This document shows positions 24,725-35,282 of a DNA stretch of 64,000 nt, piece by piece; position 1 is the first letter of the stretch, and every line of letters begins with the position of its first letter. The translations under genes were made by a program, and so were the position numbers. The notes under the pieces were generated by a model. That model made no database searches and was not told where the DNA came from. It saw nothing but the letters and a program-made list of their open reading frames with translations. The DNA is taken from the NCBI GenBank assembly GCA_035193785.1, contig CP136572.1, forward strand, positions 4,980,578-5,044,577. The letters are read 5' to 3'. The DNA comes from Planktothrix sp. GU0601_MAG3 (GTDB lineage: Bacteria; Cyanobacteriota; Cyanobacteriia; Cyanobacteriales; Microcoleaceae).

Positions 24725-27360
24725 ATGATCAGCTTACTCACAACGAAAATGAAATTCCTTGAACGCGCCCATGTTACAAGTAGCCGATACTTAATTATAG
24801 TTAGTTTGATTGCAGTATTCTACTGGATAGTTGGCAAGGTGACGGTGGAATACTTAATGTTGGGTTCCACCGAAGCCCTATTCTGGCCGAATGCGGGGGT
24901 TGCCCAGGGGATTATTCTTTTGTGTGGTTATCGATATTGGCCAGCAATTACCCTGGGGGCGTTTTTTTCCCTAATTGCCATTGACCAGATGCCTATGTTT
25001 ATTGTGGTATTGTCTAGTTTTGGCGTGACATTACAAGCCTGTTTAGTTAGTAAATTATTCCGTCGCCTTGACTTTTCTCCCCAACTCAAACACCTGAAAG
25101 ATGTCCTGGAACTAATTATCTTAGCGGGGATAATTTCTACCCTAATTAATCCGACCCTTACTATCCTCATGGCTTGTTTGAGTGGTTGGCTACCTTGGGA
25201 AGATTTTACCCGAATTTGGATTGGTGGGTGGTTAGGAAGTGCCACTGGGGTATTAGTTATAACCCCGGTATTATTAACCTGGGGTAGCGAATTCCAACGG
25301 TATTACTATCGCTGTCAAACTCCCACTTCCCCGGTCTGGTCTTTTCTCAACGCCCTATCCCAAAGTTTATCCCTGGGTACAACCAGATTACGCCTTTCCG
25401 AACGTCCTCCTCGGGAGTTTTTGTGGCGTCGGTTGGAGGTTTCCCTTTGGTTATTACTATTATTTGGCTTAAATTGGTTTGTATTTTGTTCTCGAACTCG
25501 GTCGGCATTTATTGGTTTTCCCCTAGAATATCTGCCCTTTCCGTTTTTTGTTTGGGCTTCCCTACGATTTGGCCAACGGGGAACGGTCATTGGCCATTTG
25601 ATTACGGCCGGTTTTGCGGTTTGGGGAGTGGTGCGGGGGAGTGGGCCGTTCATTAGTCGCAGTATACGGATACCCCTCAAATTTTTTCTCTACAAGCCTT
25701 TATCCTGATTATGGCAATTACGGGGTTAGTTTTAGCGGCCACGGTTACAGAACGTCAACAGGCGGAAACACGTCTGAGAAACAGTCAAACCAGTTTAGCT
25801 AATGCTCAACGGATTGCTAAATTAGGTCATTGGGATCTGAAAATTAGCAGCTATGAATTATTTTGGTCGGATGAACTCTATCGAATATTAGACACAACGG
25901 CTCAATATGTCAAACCGAGTTTTCCCCAATTTTTGGAATTTGTTCACCCAGAAGACCGGAGTTATGTCCAAAATTACCTTGATCAAGCCTTATTTCAACA
26001 AAAACCCTATTGTATTGATTATCGCTTGAAATTAGCCTCGGGTGAGGAACGGATTGTTTTTGAACAGGCGGTAATTACTTCTAGTCATATTACTAGCACA
26101 ATTCAAGATATTACAGACCGGAAACAGGCGGAAATTGCTTTAAGAGCTAGTGAGGAAAGATTTTCAAAAACCTTTAGTGCTAGTCCGATTGGAATTAGTA
26201 TTATGACCCTGGTAGATGAACTATTTTTAGATGTCAATGATAGTTTTTTACGTCAAATGGGTTGGCATCGACAGGAAGTATTAAATCATACTCCAGAACA
26301 ATTGAATATGTGGGTTGATTCTCAAAAACATTTTCAACTCAAACAACAATTAAAAAATCACAATCAAATTAGTAATGTTGAGTTAAAAATTCGCCAAAAA
26401 TCAGGAATAATTAGAAATTGGTTAGTTTCTATTGAATTAATTGATTTAGGGGGAATTGCTTGTTTATTGATGATGGCTAATGATATTACCGAGCGTCAAC
26501 AGGCGGAAGAATTGAAAATGGCCAAGGAAGCCGCCGAAACCGCTAACCATGCTAAAAGTTTATTTTTAGCCAATATGAGCCATGAACTTAGGACTCCCCT
26601 AAATGCTATTTTAGGTTATAGTGAATTATTAATAGAAGATGCTCAAGAATTACATCAAGATGAATTTGTCGGAGATTTAAAAAATATTTATGTAGCGGGG
26701 CAACATTTATTAACTTTGATTAGTGAAATTTTGGATTTCTCTAAAATTGAAGCGGGTCGGATGAGTTTTCATTTAGAAACCTTTAAAGTTTCGACCTTAC
26801 TTTGGGAAGTGGAAACCACTGTTACTCCGGCTGCGGATAAGAATTCTAATCAGTTTATCCTAGAGGTAGCCGCGGATGTAGATTTTATGCACACCGACTT
26901 AACAAAAGTTCGTCAATGTCTATTAAATCTCCTCAGTAATGCCTGCAAATTTACAGAAAAAGGTCAGGTAACTCTCAAGGTTTGGCAAGAAAAACTAGAC
27001 GGTGTTAATCTGAATACAGATTCCATACCAGAGCCAGAATTGATCATGGTTAATGAAGAACTAACGGGTGGTGCTTGTTGTCTTCCTGATATGCAAAAAA
27101 GCTGTTCAACCTTGATTATTTTTCAAGTGACAGATACTGGAATTGGCATGAGTCCTAAACAGTTAGCAACGGTTTTTAATCCCTTTACCCAAGCGGATGA
27201 AAGCACAACTCGCCGTTACGGAGGTACGGGTTTAGGGTTAACCATTACCCAAAAATTATGTCAAATGATGGGAGGAGATTTATCCGTAATTAGTGAGTTA
27301 GGAAAAGGCTCTACTTTCACGATGAAACTTCCTAAAATCCTTCATTGTTTACCCAAATAA
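24725..27360 (+). CDS. MASE1-PAS-PAS histidine kinase (one -1 break at ~25657-25708)
   Basis: MASE1 TM region, PAS (FVHPEDR), [22 protein letters not shown]. Confidence 0.87.
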
Positions 27361-27488
27361 GTAGAGACGTGCCACGGCGCGTCTGTCATCAGTCATCAGT
27401 TTAAGAGTTAAATGCTATTAAGTATTCACCTCCTTAATTAAAAGTGATCATTGATAACTGTACTGAATTACCGTTGCTAAAGGGAATT

Positions 27489-28356
27489 TTACTGCATGAC
27501 TAAATTATCAAGTTCCCGTTGCATTGCTGTTTTCACCTGTTGATAACAAACATCAACATACTCCCGGTCATTGGCCGCGTCCCGTCCATCGCGTTTCAAA
27601 CTCAATCGCCGGACAAATGTGAATCTTGATTTTTGCCGGAAGGGGAAAATTCGGTAAAGGCCCAATTCCTATCCCCCAAGGTAATCCTAAATAAATCGGA
27701 AATACCTCCGGGTCAAGGTCTAATAACCAAGGCATTCCCAAGTTGTGTAATTGTTTTACCCAGTCGTAAATATCCGCCAGCACAATCAGAGTATCGTGGG
27801 CACCCGATGAAATCACTGGAACAATCGGGGCCTTCTCCCGCAGGGCTAACTTAATAAACCCTTTACGACCGGCGAAATGAATTTGGTTGCGTAGCCGATG
27901 GGGACGAAATACATCCTCACCCCCGCCCGGATAAACCAACACCGTCGCATTCTGTCGCAAAGCTGCCATTCCCATGCGTGGATGGGCCATAACAGCCCCG
28001 GAACGCACGGCCGACGCTGCTACTTCTGGGGCCACCTGCCAAACTTTCGGGTGCATCAGTCCATAGAGTAATCTTTCGGTTCCGAATTGACGACACCAAG
28101 CGTACAACCCCATAAACATATCTGGGGCCGCTAAACCCCCGTTATGGGAACCCACCAACAACATCTTATTTTGGGGCGGGAGATTCTCCCAGCCGGAGGT
28201 TTGGACTTGAAAATAATGGTCATAGAACCAACCCAAAAATGGCATCAGGGATCGGATATATTCGGGATCACGATCCTGTAATGACCAACCGGTGAAACGG
28301 GGATTCTCCTTTGGGTTGGGAGATGGATGACTGTTGAAGAAGGGGTTCAAGATCAC
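27489..28356 (-). CDS. Lysophospholipid/glycerol acyltransferase family (+1 break at GTTTC 27593-27597)
   Basis: VGSHNGGLAAPD, VYPGG, RKGFIKLAL. Confidence 0.88.
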
Positions 28357-28572
28357 GAAACGCTAAACTTTGCCTCCGTCAAGATACTCTGGTTTTGAGG
28401 AAATTTGATCCTAATTAAACCACAAAAAAGCCGGGAATGGGCAATCGGCAAAAAGATTTCATCTCGTAGTGAGGCGTTTACGCCTCAGAATAGCCCTAAA
28501 GGGCTTACTACGAATTTGTTATATTAAAATGGAATATAACCGCCTAAATATTGTATCTAATCCGTAACGCTT

Positions 28573-29553
28573 ATGAATTCGGCTATCGAGGTTAAAGATT
28601 CAGCTTCAATTCCTTTATTAAACCCGGTGGTAGAAACGCAAAACTTGGGAAAATTTTATCGCACAGGTTTTTGGATGAATCAAAAAATTGAATCCTTAAA
28701 AAACTGTACTTTAACGATTAATGCTGGGGAAACCTTTGGTTTATTAGGACAAAATGGGGCGGGAAAAACCACCTTATTAAAAACTTTATTAGGCATTGTT
28801 CGCCCAACTTCTGGATCGGGTATATTATTGGGTAAACCCATTGGCGATCGCCATGTTAAACAACGGGTAGGATATTTACCAGAAAATCCCTATTTTTATG
28901 ATCATCTTACGGGGTGGGAATTTTTAGAATTTGCCGCCGGACTATTTCAAATTCCGAAATCTATCCAACGTCAACGCATTCCCCAATTATTAGATTTAGT
29001 CGGATTAGCAAAAACCGCCGCCATTAAAAAACAAATGCGCCAATATTCCAAGGGAATGTTACAACGGGTGGGAATGGCGCAAGCTTTAATTAATGATCCA
29101 GAAGTGGTATTTTTAGATGAACCGATGTCAGGACTTGACCCGATGGGACGGTATCAAATTCGAGAAATTATCTTATCTTTAAAAGCACAAAATAAAACTG
29201 TTTTTTTTAATAGTCATGTTTTATCCGATGTGGAAAAAATTTGCGATCGCATTGCTATTTTAGCAGAAGGTGAATTAATTAGTATGGGTTCTTTGGATGA
29301 TTTGTTGGGAAAAACTCAAACTTATATTGTGAAGGGAAAAGGAGGAGATATTAATATTCTGCAAAATTGGATATCGAATTTAGAAAGGGATCAAGATTAT
29401 TGGGAGGGACATTTAAAGGGTGAGCCAGAGGCATTTTTTATGGTATTAAAAGAAATGAATGCTCAACTATTGAGTTTGAATTTATCCAGATTAACCTTAG
29501 AAGAATTCTTTATGCAAAAGTTAAAAGAAAGGGGAATTCATGCCAGTGGTTAA
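28573..29553 (+). CDS. ABC transporter ATP-binding protein
   Basis: GQNGAGKTT, YSKGMLQR, FLDEPMSGLD. Confidence 0.93.
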   Translation: MNSAIEVKDSASIPLLNPVVETQNLGKFYRTGFWMNQKIESLKNCTLTINAGETFGLLGQNGAGKTTLLKTLLGIVRPTSGSGILLGKPIGDRHVKQRVGYLPENPYFYDHLTGWEFLEFAAGLFQIPKSIQRQRIPQLLDLVGLAKTAAIKKQMRQYSKGMLQRVGMAQALINDPEVVFLDEPMSGLDPMGRYQIREIILSLKAQNKTVFFNSHVLSDVEKICDRIAILAEGELISMGSLDDLLGKTQTYIVKGKGGDINILQNWISNLERDQDYWEGHLKGEPEAFFMVLKEMNAQLLSLNLSRLTLEEFFMQKLKERGIHASG

Positions 29554-29885
29554 AGGTAATATTTCAACTATAGCAATCCTATTTGATTTGTGTTCAAAAT
29601 TCCTGAGCAAAAGGGAACAGGGAACAGGGAACAGGGAACAACAGGCAACAGGCACAGGCTGCGTCGTGAGCCGTGAGTGAGCCTGTCGAACGGTCGAACT
29701 GCTCACGGGGGCAATACTTCTGGCTGTTTCATATCAGTATTAAAATGTTATAACCTATTTAGGATTTCTATATATTAGACAGCACCAGCCACAAAGTTTC
29801 AATGAGTCCTGGCACAAATCCCCCACTTCTAAATAGGAACATTTCCCTATTCCCTGTTCCCTGTTCCCTAACACTTTCTGTAATA

Positions 29886-30350
29886 TTAAGAAGGGGATAC
29901 GGGGTTAATTTCAGAGGGCGACTGAGAGAAAAATAATTTACTAATTCCAGTGGTCAGGATGTGGGACAATAATCCTAACGGCCCGGCAAATAAACAAAAA
30001 GCTAAGGAATGGATAGTCCAAATTCCGGTTTTTTGTCCATCCCAATAAATCCAACGTCCGACAAATAAATCCATGACTAAAAAGTGAATCCATCCCGTTG
30101 CTGCGGCGTTTTCATCGGCAAAGAAATGGGCAATATCTGATAATTTTGGATTGGATAAAGCCGCTGCATTCTCGGGGGTGATACTACTAACAAACAGGTA
30201 TAAATAAACGCAGGCTAACAACACAAAGGGAAAATAGGACTCCATGACTTTTCGGGTAACTCCCCAGTTAGGCAAAATAATCATTAATGCCCAAAAGGGA
30301 AGGACGAAAATATTGGCGATATTAAAAATTTGCTCAGTTGCAATAGTCAT
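29886..30350 (-). CDS. ABA4-like (DUF4281) membrane protein
   Basis: VLPFWALMI, GWIHFLVMDLFVGRWIY, GPLGLLSH. Confidence 0.88.
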   Translation of the reverse strand: MTIATEQIFNIANIFVLPFWALMIILPNWGVTRKVMESYFPFVLLACVYLYLFVSSITPENAAALSNPKLSDIAHFFADENAAATGWIHFLVMDLFVGRWIYWDGQKTGIWTIHSLAFCLFAGPLGLLSHILTTGISKLFFSQSPSEINPVSPS

Positions 30351-30402
30351 GGTCAGAATTTTTTAGGCTAAGGGTTAAAATATCCATGTTCTAAAATATA
30401 GC

Positions 30403-30468
30403 AGGGAACAGGCAATAGGCAATAGGCAATAGGCAATAGGCAATAGGCAATAGGCAATAGGCAATAGG
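30403..30468. repeat. GGCAATA heptamer tandem array
   Basis: About eight tandem copies. Confidence 0.9.
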
Positions 30469-30603
30469 GAGCACTGGAGGAAAATATTTAACCGCTAGGT
30501 TTCCTAACTCCAAGGGCGTGCTTGCTATATTTTTTCAATTTAATCTGCTTTTCGGGAAATTTATGTTATGCTACGAGCAAGTTAATCTAGCTAATTTATT
30601 GCT

Positions 30604-30699
30604 ATGAATTCTCACGATCTTTTTCTGTTATTGATTTTATTGTTCCCTGGTTTAGCCCTGTCGATTATTGTTATGGGAGCCTTTTCCGCCGGAGGTTAA
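30604..30699 (+). CDS. 31-aa small membrane protein (below the ORF-track cutoff)
   Basis: MNSHDLFLLLILLFPGLALSIIVMGAFSAGG*; upstream TGnTATGCT extended -10-like element. Confidence 0.6.
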   Translation: MNSHDLFLLLILLFPGLALSIIVMGAFSAGG

Positions 30700-30821
30700 A
30701 AGGTACTTTTGATCCGTTATTAGGTGCGTAAGCTCTATGCAAAACGCACCATTCAGCAATTTTTGATTCATCAGGCTCCCCCTGATCATAACATTCCGAC
30801 GGATGGCATTAGAACGAAGGA

Positions 30822-32106
30822 TTAGGGGGTTTTTAAAGTTTGGATTTGTTGACGAAATTGATCGATTTTATCAAATAAATCCGATTGGTTAAGGGTTGTT
30901 TCTTCCCCGGTTTTTAACCATTTTAACTTCAGGGTTTGCTGTTCGGCTTCCGCATCTCCTAATACTAAACACGCGATAGCACCACTGCGGTCAGCCCGTT
31001 TAAACTGTTTACCGAAGGCACTTCCACTTAAATCTAGTTCTACCGCAAAGCCATTGTTACGCAATTTTTGAGCCAAAATTAAAGCCTGAGATTCTGCTAA
31101 ATTCCCCCTAGAAACGATATAAAAATCCAGGGTAGAACTAGAAAGAGAGTTTAATTGTTGTAACAGAATCACTAACCTTTCTAACCCAATCGCCCAACCG
31201 ACCGCCGGAGTTTCTGGCCCCCCCAATTCCTGGACTAAACCATCATAACGGCCGCCCCCACAAACCGTTGCTTGGGCGCCTAAATCATCGGAAATAATTT
31301 CAAACGCCGTATGGGTATAATAATCCAATCCTCGGACTAATCGAGGGTTGAGACTGTAGGGAATTTCTAAGGCAGTTAATAGCTGTTTAACCTGTTCAAA
31401 ATGGGTGCGAGAATCCTCTCCTAAATATTCTAAAATACTCGGAGCATCCTTAACAATTTCTTGCGTGCGGGGATCTTTACTATCTAAAATTCTTAAGGGA
31501 TTTCGAGATAATCGATCCTGAGAATCGGGATCTAATTCGTCTTTATATTGGCTTAAATAATCAACTAAAGCTAGACGATAGGCTTGGCGATCGCTGGAAT
31601 TTCCCACGGAATTTAAGTTAAGGTTTAAATTCTTTAACCCCAAGGTTTTTAATAAATTTGTGGCGATCGCAATCACTTCTACATCAGCCCTAGCATCCCG
31701 ACTTCCTAACACCTCAACCCCAATTTGATGAAACTGTCGTTGACGTCCGGCTTGGGGTCGTTCATAGCGAAACATCGGCCCCGTATACCATAACCTTTGC
31801 GCCCCGGAAGTGGCGTGGAGTTTGTTTTCAATAAAGCTACGCACGACTCCGGCTGTTCCCTCTGGTCGCAAAGTAACAGAGCGATCGCCCCGGTCAACAA
31901 AGGTATACATTTCTTTCCCGACCACATCCGTCGCTTCTCCGATACCCCGTTCAAATAAAGCCGTTTGTTCAAAAATTGGGGTGCGAATTTCTTGATAATT
32001 TGCCTTAGATAAAACATCTCTAGCAATAGACTCAACCCATTGCCAATATCCTATTTCATCCGGCAGAATATCGCGTGTTCCTCGTAATGCCTTAATCAGT
32101 TTCCAT
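30822..32106 (-). CDS. hisS: Histidine--tRNA ligase (+1 break at GTTTC 32099-32103, codons 2-3)
   Basis: Repaired start [49 protein letters not shown]. Confidence 0.96.
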
Positions 32107-32124
32107 TAGTTTCTCAATTAATCG

Positions 32125-32436
32125 TTAGTCCTGCGGCGGATCGATTGTTTCCCAGACGCCATAACGATCGTTATAATACGCCAAAATTTGATCAATCTGT
32201 TGACGAGTTTCTGGATTTTGGGTGTGATCATATTCAATCCATAAACTCCCCACTTGACTTTGGGTATAATCAAATTCTGGTGGGATTTCATCGGGACTAA
32301 TATGAGTTGCAATTAACCCCGTGTCCACTCCTTCCACCTGTCGTAAATGGGCAGCCACTTCCCGATAAACGCTTAAGGGAAGTTTCGGACAGCGAATTTC
32401 ATAGCGAAGCCGTTGTTTTTGTTTAACTGTTTGCAT
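32125..32436 (-). CDS. Conserved hypothetical protein
   Basis: LPLSVYREVAAHLRQVEGV...FDYTQSQVGSLWI; directly downstream of the LuxR-type gene. Confidence 0.75.
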   Translation of the reverse strand: MQTVKQKQRLRYEIRCPKLPLSVYREVAAHLRQVEGVDTGLIATHISPDEIPPEFDYTQSQVGSLWIEYDHTQNPETRQQIDQILAYYNDRYGVWETIDPPQD

Positions 32437-32459
32437 TCAAAATTAACCTATTTTTTCCG

Positions 32460-32783
32460 CTATTCTACCGTAGAAGAAATGATCACTTCTGTTTCATCGC
32501 CACTGGTCACAAGGGGTAGAGAACAGCAATTAATATCATCCAGACAAACTTTCCCCCATTGTAATGCCCAAAGAACTAATGAAACTCGGTTCTCAGTGGC
32601 AGTTTTTGTCAGAATATTACTGATATGATTGTCAACGGTACGCTTACTAATTTCCAATTTCTCTGAGATTTCTTGATTGGTTAATCCACCAGCCACTAAC
32701 TCTACAACTTGCCGCTCTCGATCTGAAAGTGAAACAGGTCTGCGAGAATTGCCTTCCGTCATATTAGCTTCCAATTTCTGCAT
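32460..32783 (-). CDS. pedR: Small LuxR-type regulator, PedR-like
   Basis: LSDRERQVVELVAGGLTNQEI...ISKRTVDNHISNILTKT; C-terminal Cys cluster WGKVCLDDINCC. Confidence 0.8.
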   Translation of the reverse strand: MQKLEANMTEGNSRRPVSLSDRERQVVELVAGGLTNQEISEKLEISKRTVDNHISNILTKTATENRVSLVLWALQWGKVCLDDINCCSLPLVTSGDETEVIISSTVE

Positions 32784-33088
32784 AACTACCTATTTATTAT
32801 TCTAAAGGGAACCCGTCAACAATATCCTTTATTTGATCAAACTCAGGAATTTCTAATAAACTCCAGCCTTACAAGACATAACTGGCGTATATCAAATCTA
32901 GCAGAAATGCTTATCACTTTTTTGTTAATTTTTCTTGATTTCGGCTCTGCTTAACCATTGACTATCAGCCCTTGCTTCTTGGTTGTTACTTCTTAGCAAA
33001 GGAGGACGCCCCACCCCAGGGCTGTTTCATTCTCCACGAAAAACTGTGTAACCTCTCCCCCTACTCCCCCTGCTCCCCCTGCTCCCCC

Positions 33089-33231
33089 CAGGGCTGTTTC
33101 ATTCTCAGGGAAACCCGGGTTTTGTAGGGGTAGTGCCCCCGTGCCTACCCTCCCCATCCAAGATTTGCAGGCGTTTCAGGGATTGGGGCAACCACGGGGG
33201 GATTGCCCCTACAAAGAATGAAACAGCCCTG
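33089..33231. mobile_element. Second copy of the 143-bp MITE, opposite orientation; lone TIR at 33017-33034
   Basis: Same TIRs and interior as 18466-18608; flanks CTGCTCCCCC / CCACTCCCCC. Confidence 0.88.
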
Positions 33232-33394
33232 CCACTCCCCCTGCTCCCCCTGCTCCCCCTGCCCCCCCTGCCCCCCAAAACAAGTTCGGTAAACACCCCA
33301 AAAAAAATTTGTCAAGCTATTGCAATATTTTTTAACTATCTGTTACAATCGTTTACATAAAGAACAAACTAAGTCAGCTTAGGAGAAAAATAAT

Positions 33395-33625
33395 ATGTTT
33401 ACCGTTTTAATCTCTTTATTTATCGTGGCTTGGGTTGCTGCTGCTGTGATTGGGACTCAGGCTTACTTCCTGGGCGAACAAACCAAACCCATTCACCAAC
33501 GGAATTGGAATTCTGTCGCCTTCGAGCAAATTGCCCAGTCTGTTACAGGTAAAGAAACTGACTATGCTGTCCGCGTCCCCGCCTATAGTTTGGATGCTTA
33601 CGCCAGCAATCATTTAAGTAATTAA
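33395..33625 (+). CDS. Small single-TM protein (possibly Psb35-like family)
   Basis: AGGAG RBS; WVAAAVIGTQAYFLGEQTKPIHQRNW. Confidence 0.75.
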   Translation: MFTVLISLFIVAWVAAAVIGTQAYFLGEQTKPIHQRNWNSVAFEQIAQSVTGKETDYAVRVPAYSLDAYASNHLSN

Positions 33626-33670
33626 TTTTCTAAGTTTCAAGCCAAAAAGACAAAAAAATAAGTAACGTTT

Positions 33671-33709
33671 TACCCCCTCAATTAGTGGAAAGTTGAGGGG
33701 GTATTTTTT
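33671..33709 (+). terminator. Intrinsic terminator
   Basis: TACCCCCTCAAT...GTTGAGGGGGTA followed by a T-run. Confidence 0.7.
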
Positions 33710-33738
33710 GTAAAAATTAAGTGGAAACCGGGTTCAAG

Positions 33739-34120
33739 TTAACGTTTCAATGAGCTCCAGATATGACTCAGTTCGATAATTAAAATAGTAGCCCAAACCA
33801 AAATACTAATTCCGGCGGCGGCGGCGGCAATATCTTTAATTATCCGAATGCGTTCATCTAGCTGTTTCTTTCATAAAATCGCATAGGGCTTCGATGCAGC
33901 TATTAAATAATTCAGCTATGAGCATCAGTCCTGTTCCGAACAGAATTAAAGTAAAATCTATCCATTCACGAAAAACAAAGGAAAGACCCAATACAAAGAT
34001 AGATAAAATCATCTTATAGGCAACGCTAAAATCAGACACGACTGCAAAATAGAGTCCCGATAAGATGATTTTAAACTTTCGGATCGGATGATAGCCGGGT
34101 TGACGGAATCTTTTACTCAT
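33739..34120 (-). CDS. Diacylglycerol kinase family, DgkA-like (+1 break at GTTTC 33864-33868)
   Basis: AELFNSCIEALCD; repaired RIRIIKDIAAAAAG. Confidence 0.85.
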
Positions 34121-34129
34121 AAATATTAA

Positions 34130-34366
34130 TCAAACTTGAAGTTCAGGAATGTACTCATTTTCATAATGCTCGATTAAAACACCGAGAATATCCACGAGTG
34201 AGGCAAGGGAATGTTGTTCGTTTTCGCCAACTTCATCAATCAGTTGATCGAGCCACTCCACAAGCCGTTGATAATCTGCTTCATCCTGGGGAATGATTAA
34301 TCTATTGGCTAAGGGTTGCCACAGTTTTTGGGTTTCATCTATACTCAACATTTTGACTACCTCCAT
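34130..34366 (-). CDS. HigA-like antitoxin, N-terminal part only (no HTH)
   Basis: EADYQRLVEWLDQLIDEVGENEQHSLASLVDILGVLIEHYE; overlaps the higB stop region. Confidence 0.75.
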   Translation of the reverse strand: MEVVKMLSIDETQKLWQPLANRLIIPQDEADYQRLVEWLDQLIDEVGENEQHSLASLVDILGVLIEHYENEYIPELQV

Positions 34367-34647
34367 GTTCCTTGATCGTACTCTGTGTGGGTAAGCACTG
34401 CTCGGATATAAAGCTTTTGTCGATTATAATGAATGGCAGCAATCAACCGGACTTTATTACCGCCAATATTAAAGACAGTGAGATTACCAACTTGGTCAGC
34501 ACTGGGAAACTCCCTGCGGAGTTCAGCGAAGGAATTAAATGTCTCTGCTTTGACAATTTGATACCAACGAGCTAATGCACTTTTTGTATCTGGGTACTTT
34601 GCCGCAAATTCATTCAGACGTTTACGAGTGATGACGTGCATAATCAA
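34357..34647 (-). CDS. higB: HigB family toxin
   Basis: MHVITRKRL...FPSADQVGNLTVFNIGGNKVRLIAAIHY...LTHTEYD. Confidence 0.9.
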   Translation of the reverse strand: MIMHVITRKRLNEFAAKYPDTKSALARWYQIVKAETFNSFAELRREFPSADQVGNLTVFNIGGNKVRLIAAIHYNRQKLYIRAVLTHTEYDQGTWR

Positions 34648-34703
34648 ACTGAAGGATATTAGCTAATTGTCTAACGGGTTTAATTGTTGACCTCATTAAT
34701 AAC

Positions 34704-34955
34704 TTACTCCTTATTACTTGAAGACTCCTGAGAATAGACATCTGCCATTAACTTCGGCCAGATTAATAGAAAAAATCCCATCCAGGCTAACAAAGGAATG
34801 GCGACTAAAATTGTAATCCACAGGGTTTTAAATAGAAACCAACTCCCGGAAATCAATGTAATTCCAGTTAATAGAATTGACCAAGGTTGACACCACCAGG
34901 GTTTATAATTCCAGGGATTAAAGGTTGGGGTTTCAATCGGTGTTTGATCTGTCAT
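34704..34955 (-). CDS. Conserved 2-TM protein (DUF6737-like)
   Basis: NPWNYKPWWCQPWSILLTG. Confidence 0.8.
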   Translation of the reverse strand: MTDQTPIETPTFNPWNYKPWWCQPWSILLTGITLISGSWFLFKTLWITILVAIPLLAWMGFFLLIWPKLMADVYSQESSSNKE

Positions 34956-35037
34956 TGTAAGTAAGTAGGGAACAGGGAACAGGGAACAGGGAACAGGGAA
35001 CAGGGAATAGGGAAAGGGACAATAACTACATCACCTT

Positions 35038-35232
35038 TTACAAATTTTGCCATGCTTCATCCTCCTCTGGCTGTAACCAATCTTTTTGCAGGGAAGATTC
35101 ACTCAGTATGCTAATTTCTAACTGTTCTTGCTGATATTTGGTTTTAAGAAATTGCAGAAAATCCCAAACCTCTTGTAATATGAAATCTGGACTATTTTCT
35201 ACTTCTTTAATTAATAATTCTTTAGTGTTCAT
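35038..35232 (-). CDS. DUF2281-like putative antitoxin
   Basis: QEVWDFLQFLK...LSESSLQKDWLQPEEDEAWQNL. Confidence 0.75.
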   Translation of the reverse strand: MNTKELLIKEVENSPDFILQEVWDFLQFLKTKYQQEQLEISILSESSLQKDWLQPEEDEAWQNL

Positions 35233-35282
35233 GTTTTTTACCTTGATTTTTTAGGTTTGAAAATCCAGAAAAAGGGGATTAT

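Noticed and set aside
30403..30468. Tandem arrays here and at 1525, 5279, 21843 and 50956 as CRISPR arrays
   Set aside because: They are contiguous 7-9 bp units with no unique spacers and no cas genes, i.e. ordinary cyanobacterial short tandem repeats.
33105..33360. ORFs 33105..33296 and 33133..33360 (also 5245..5454 and 50954..51145)
   Set aside because: They are translations of MITE or tandem-repeat DNA.
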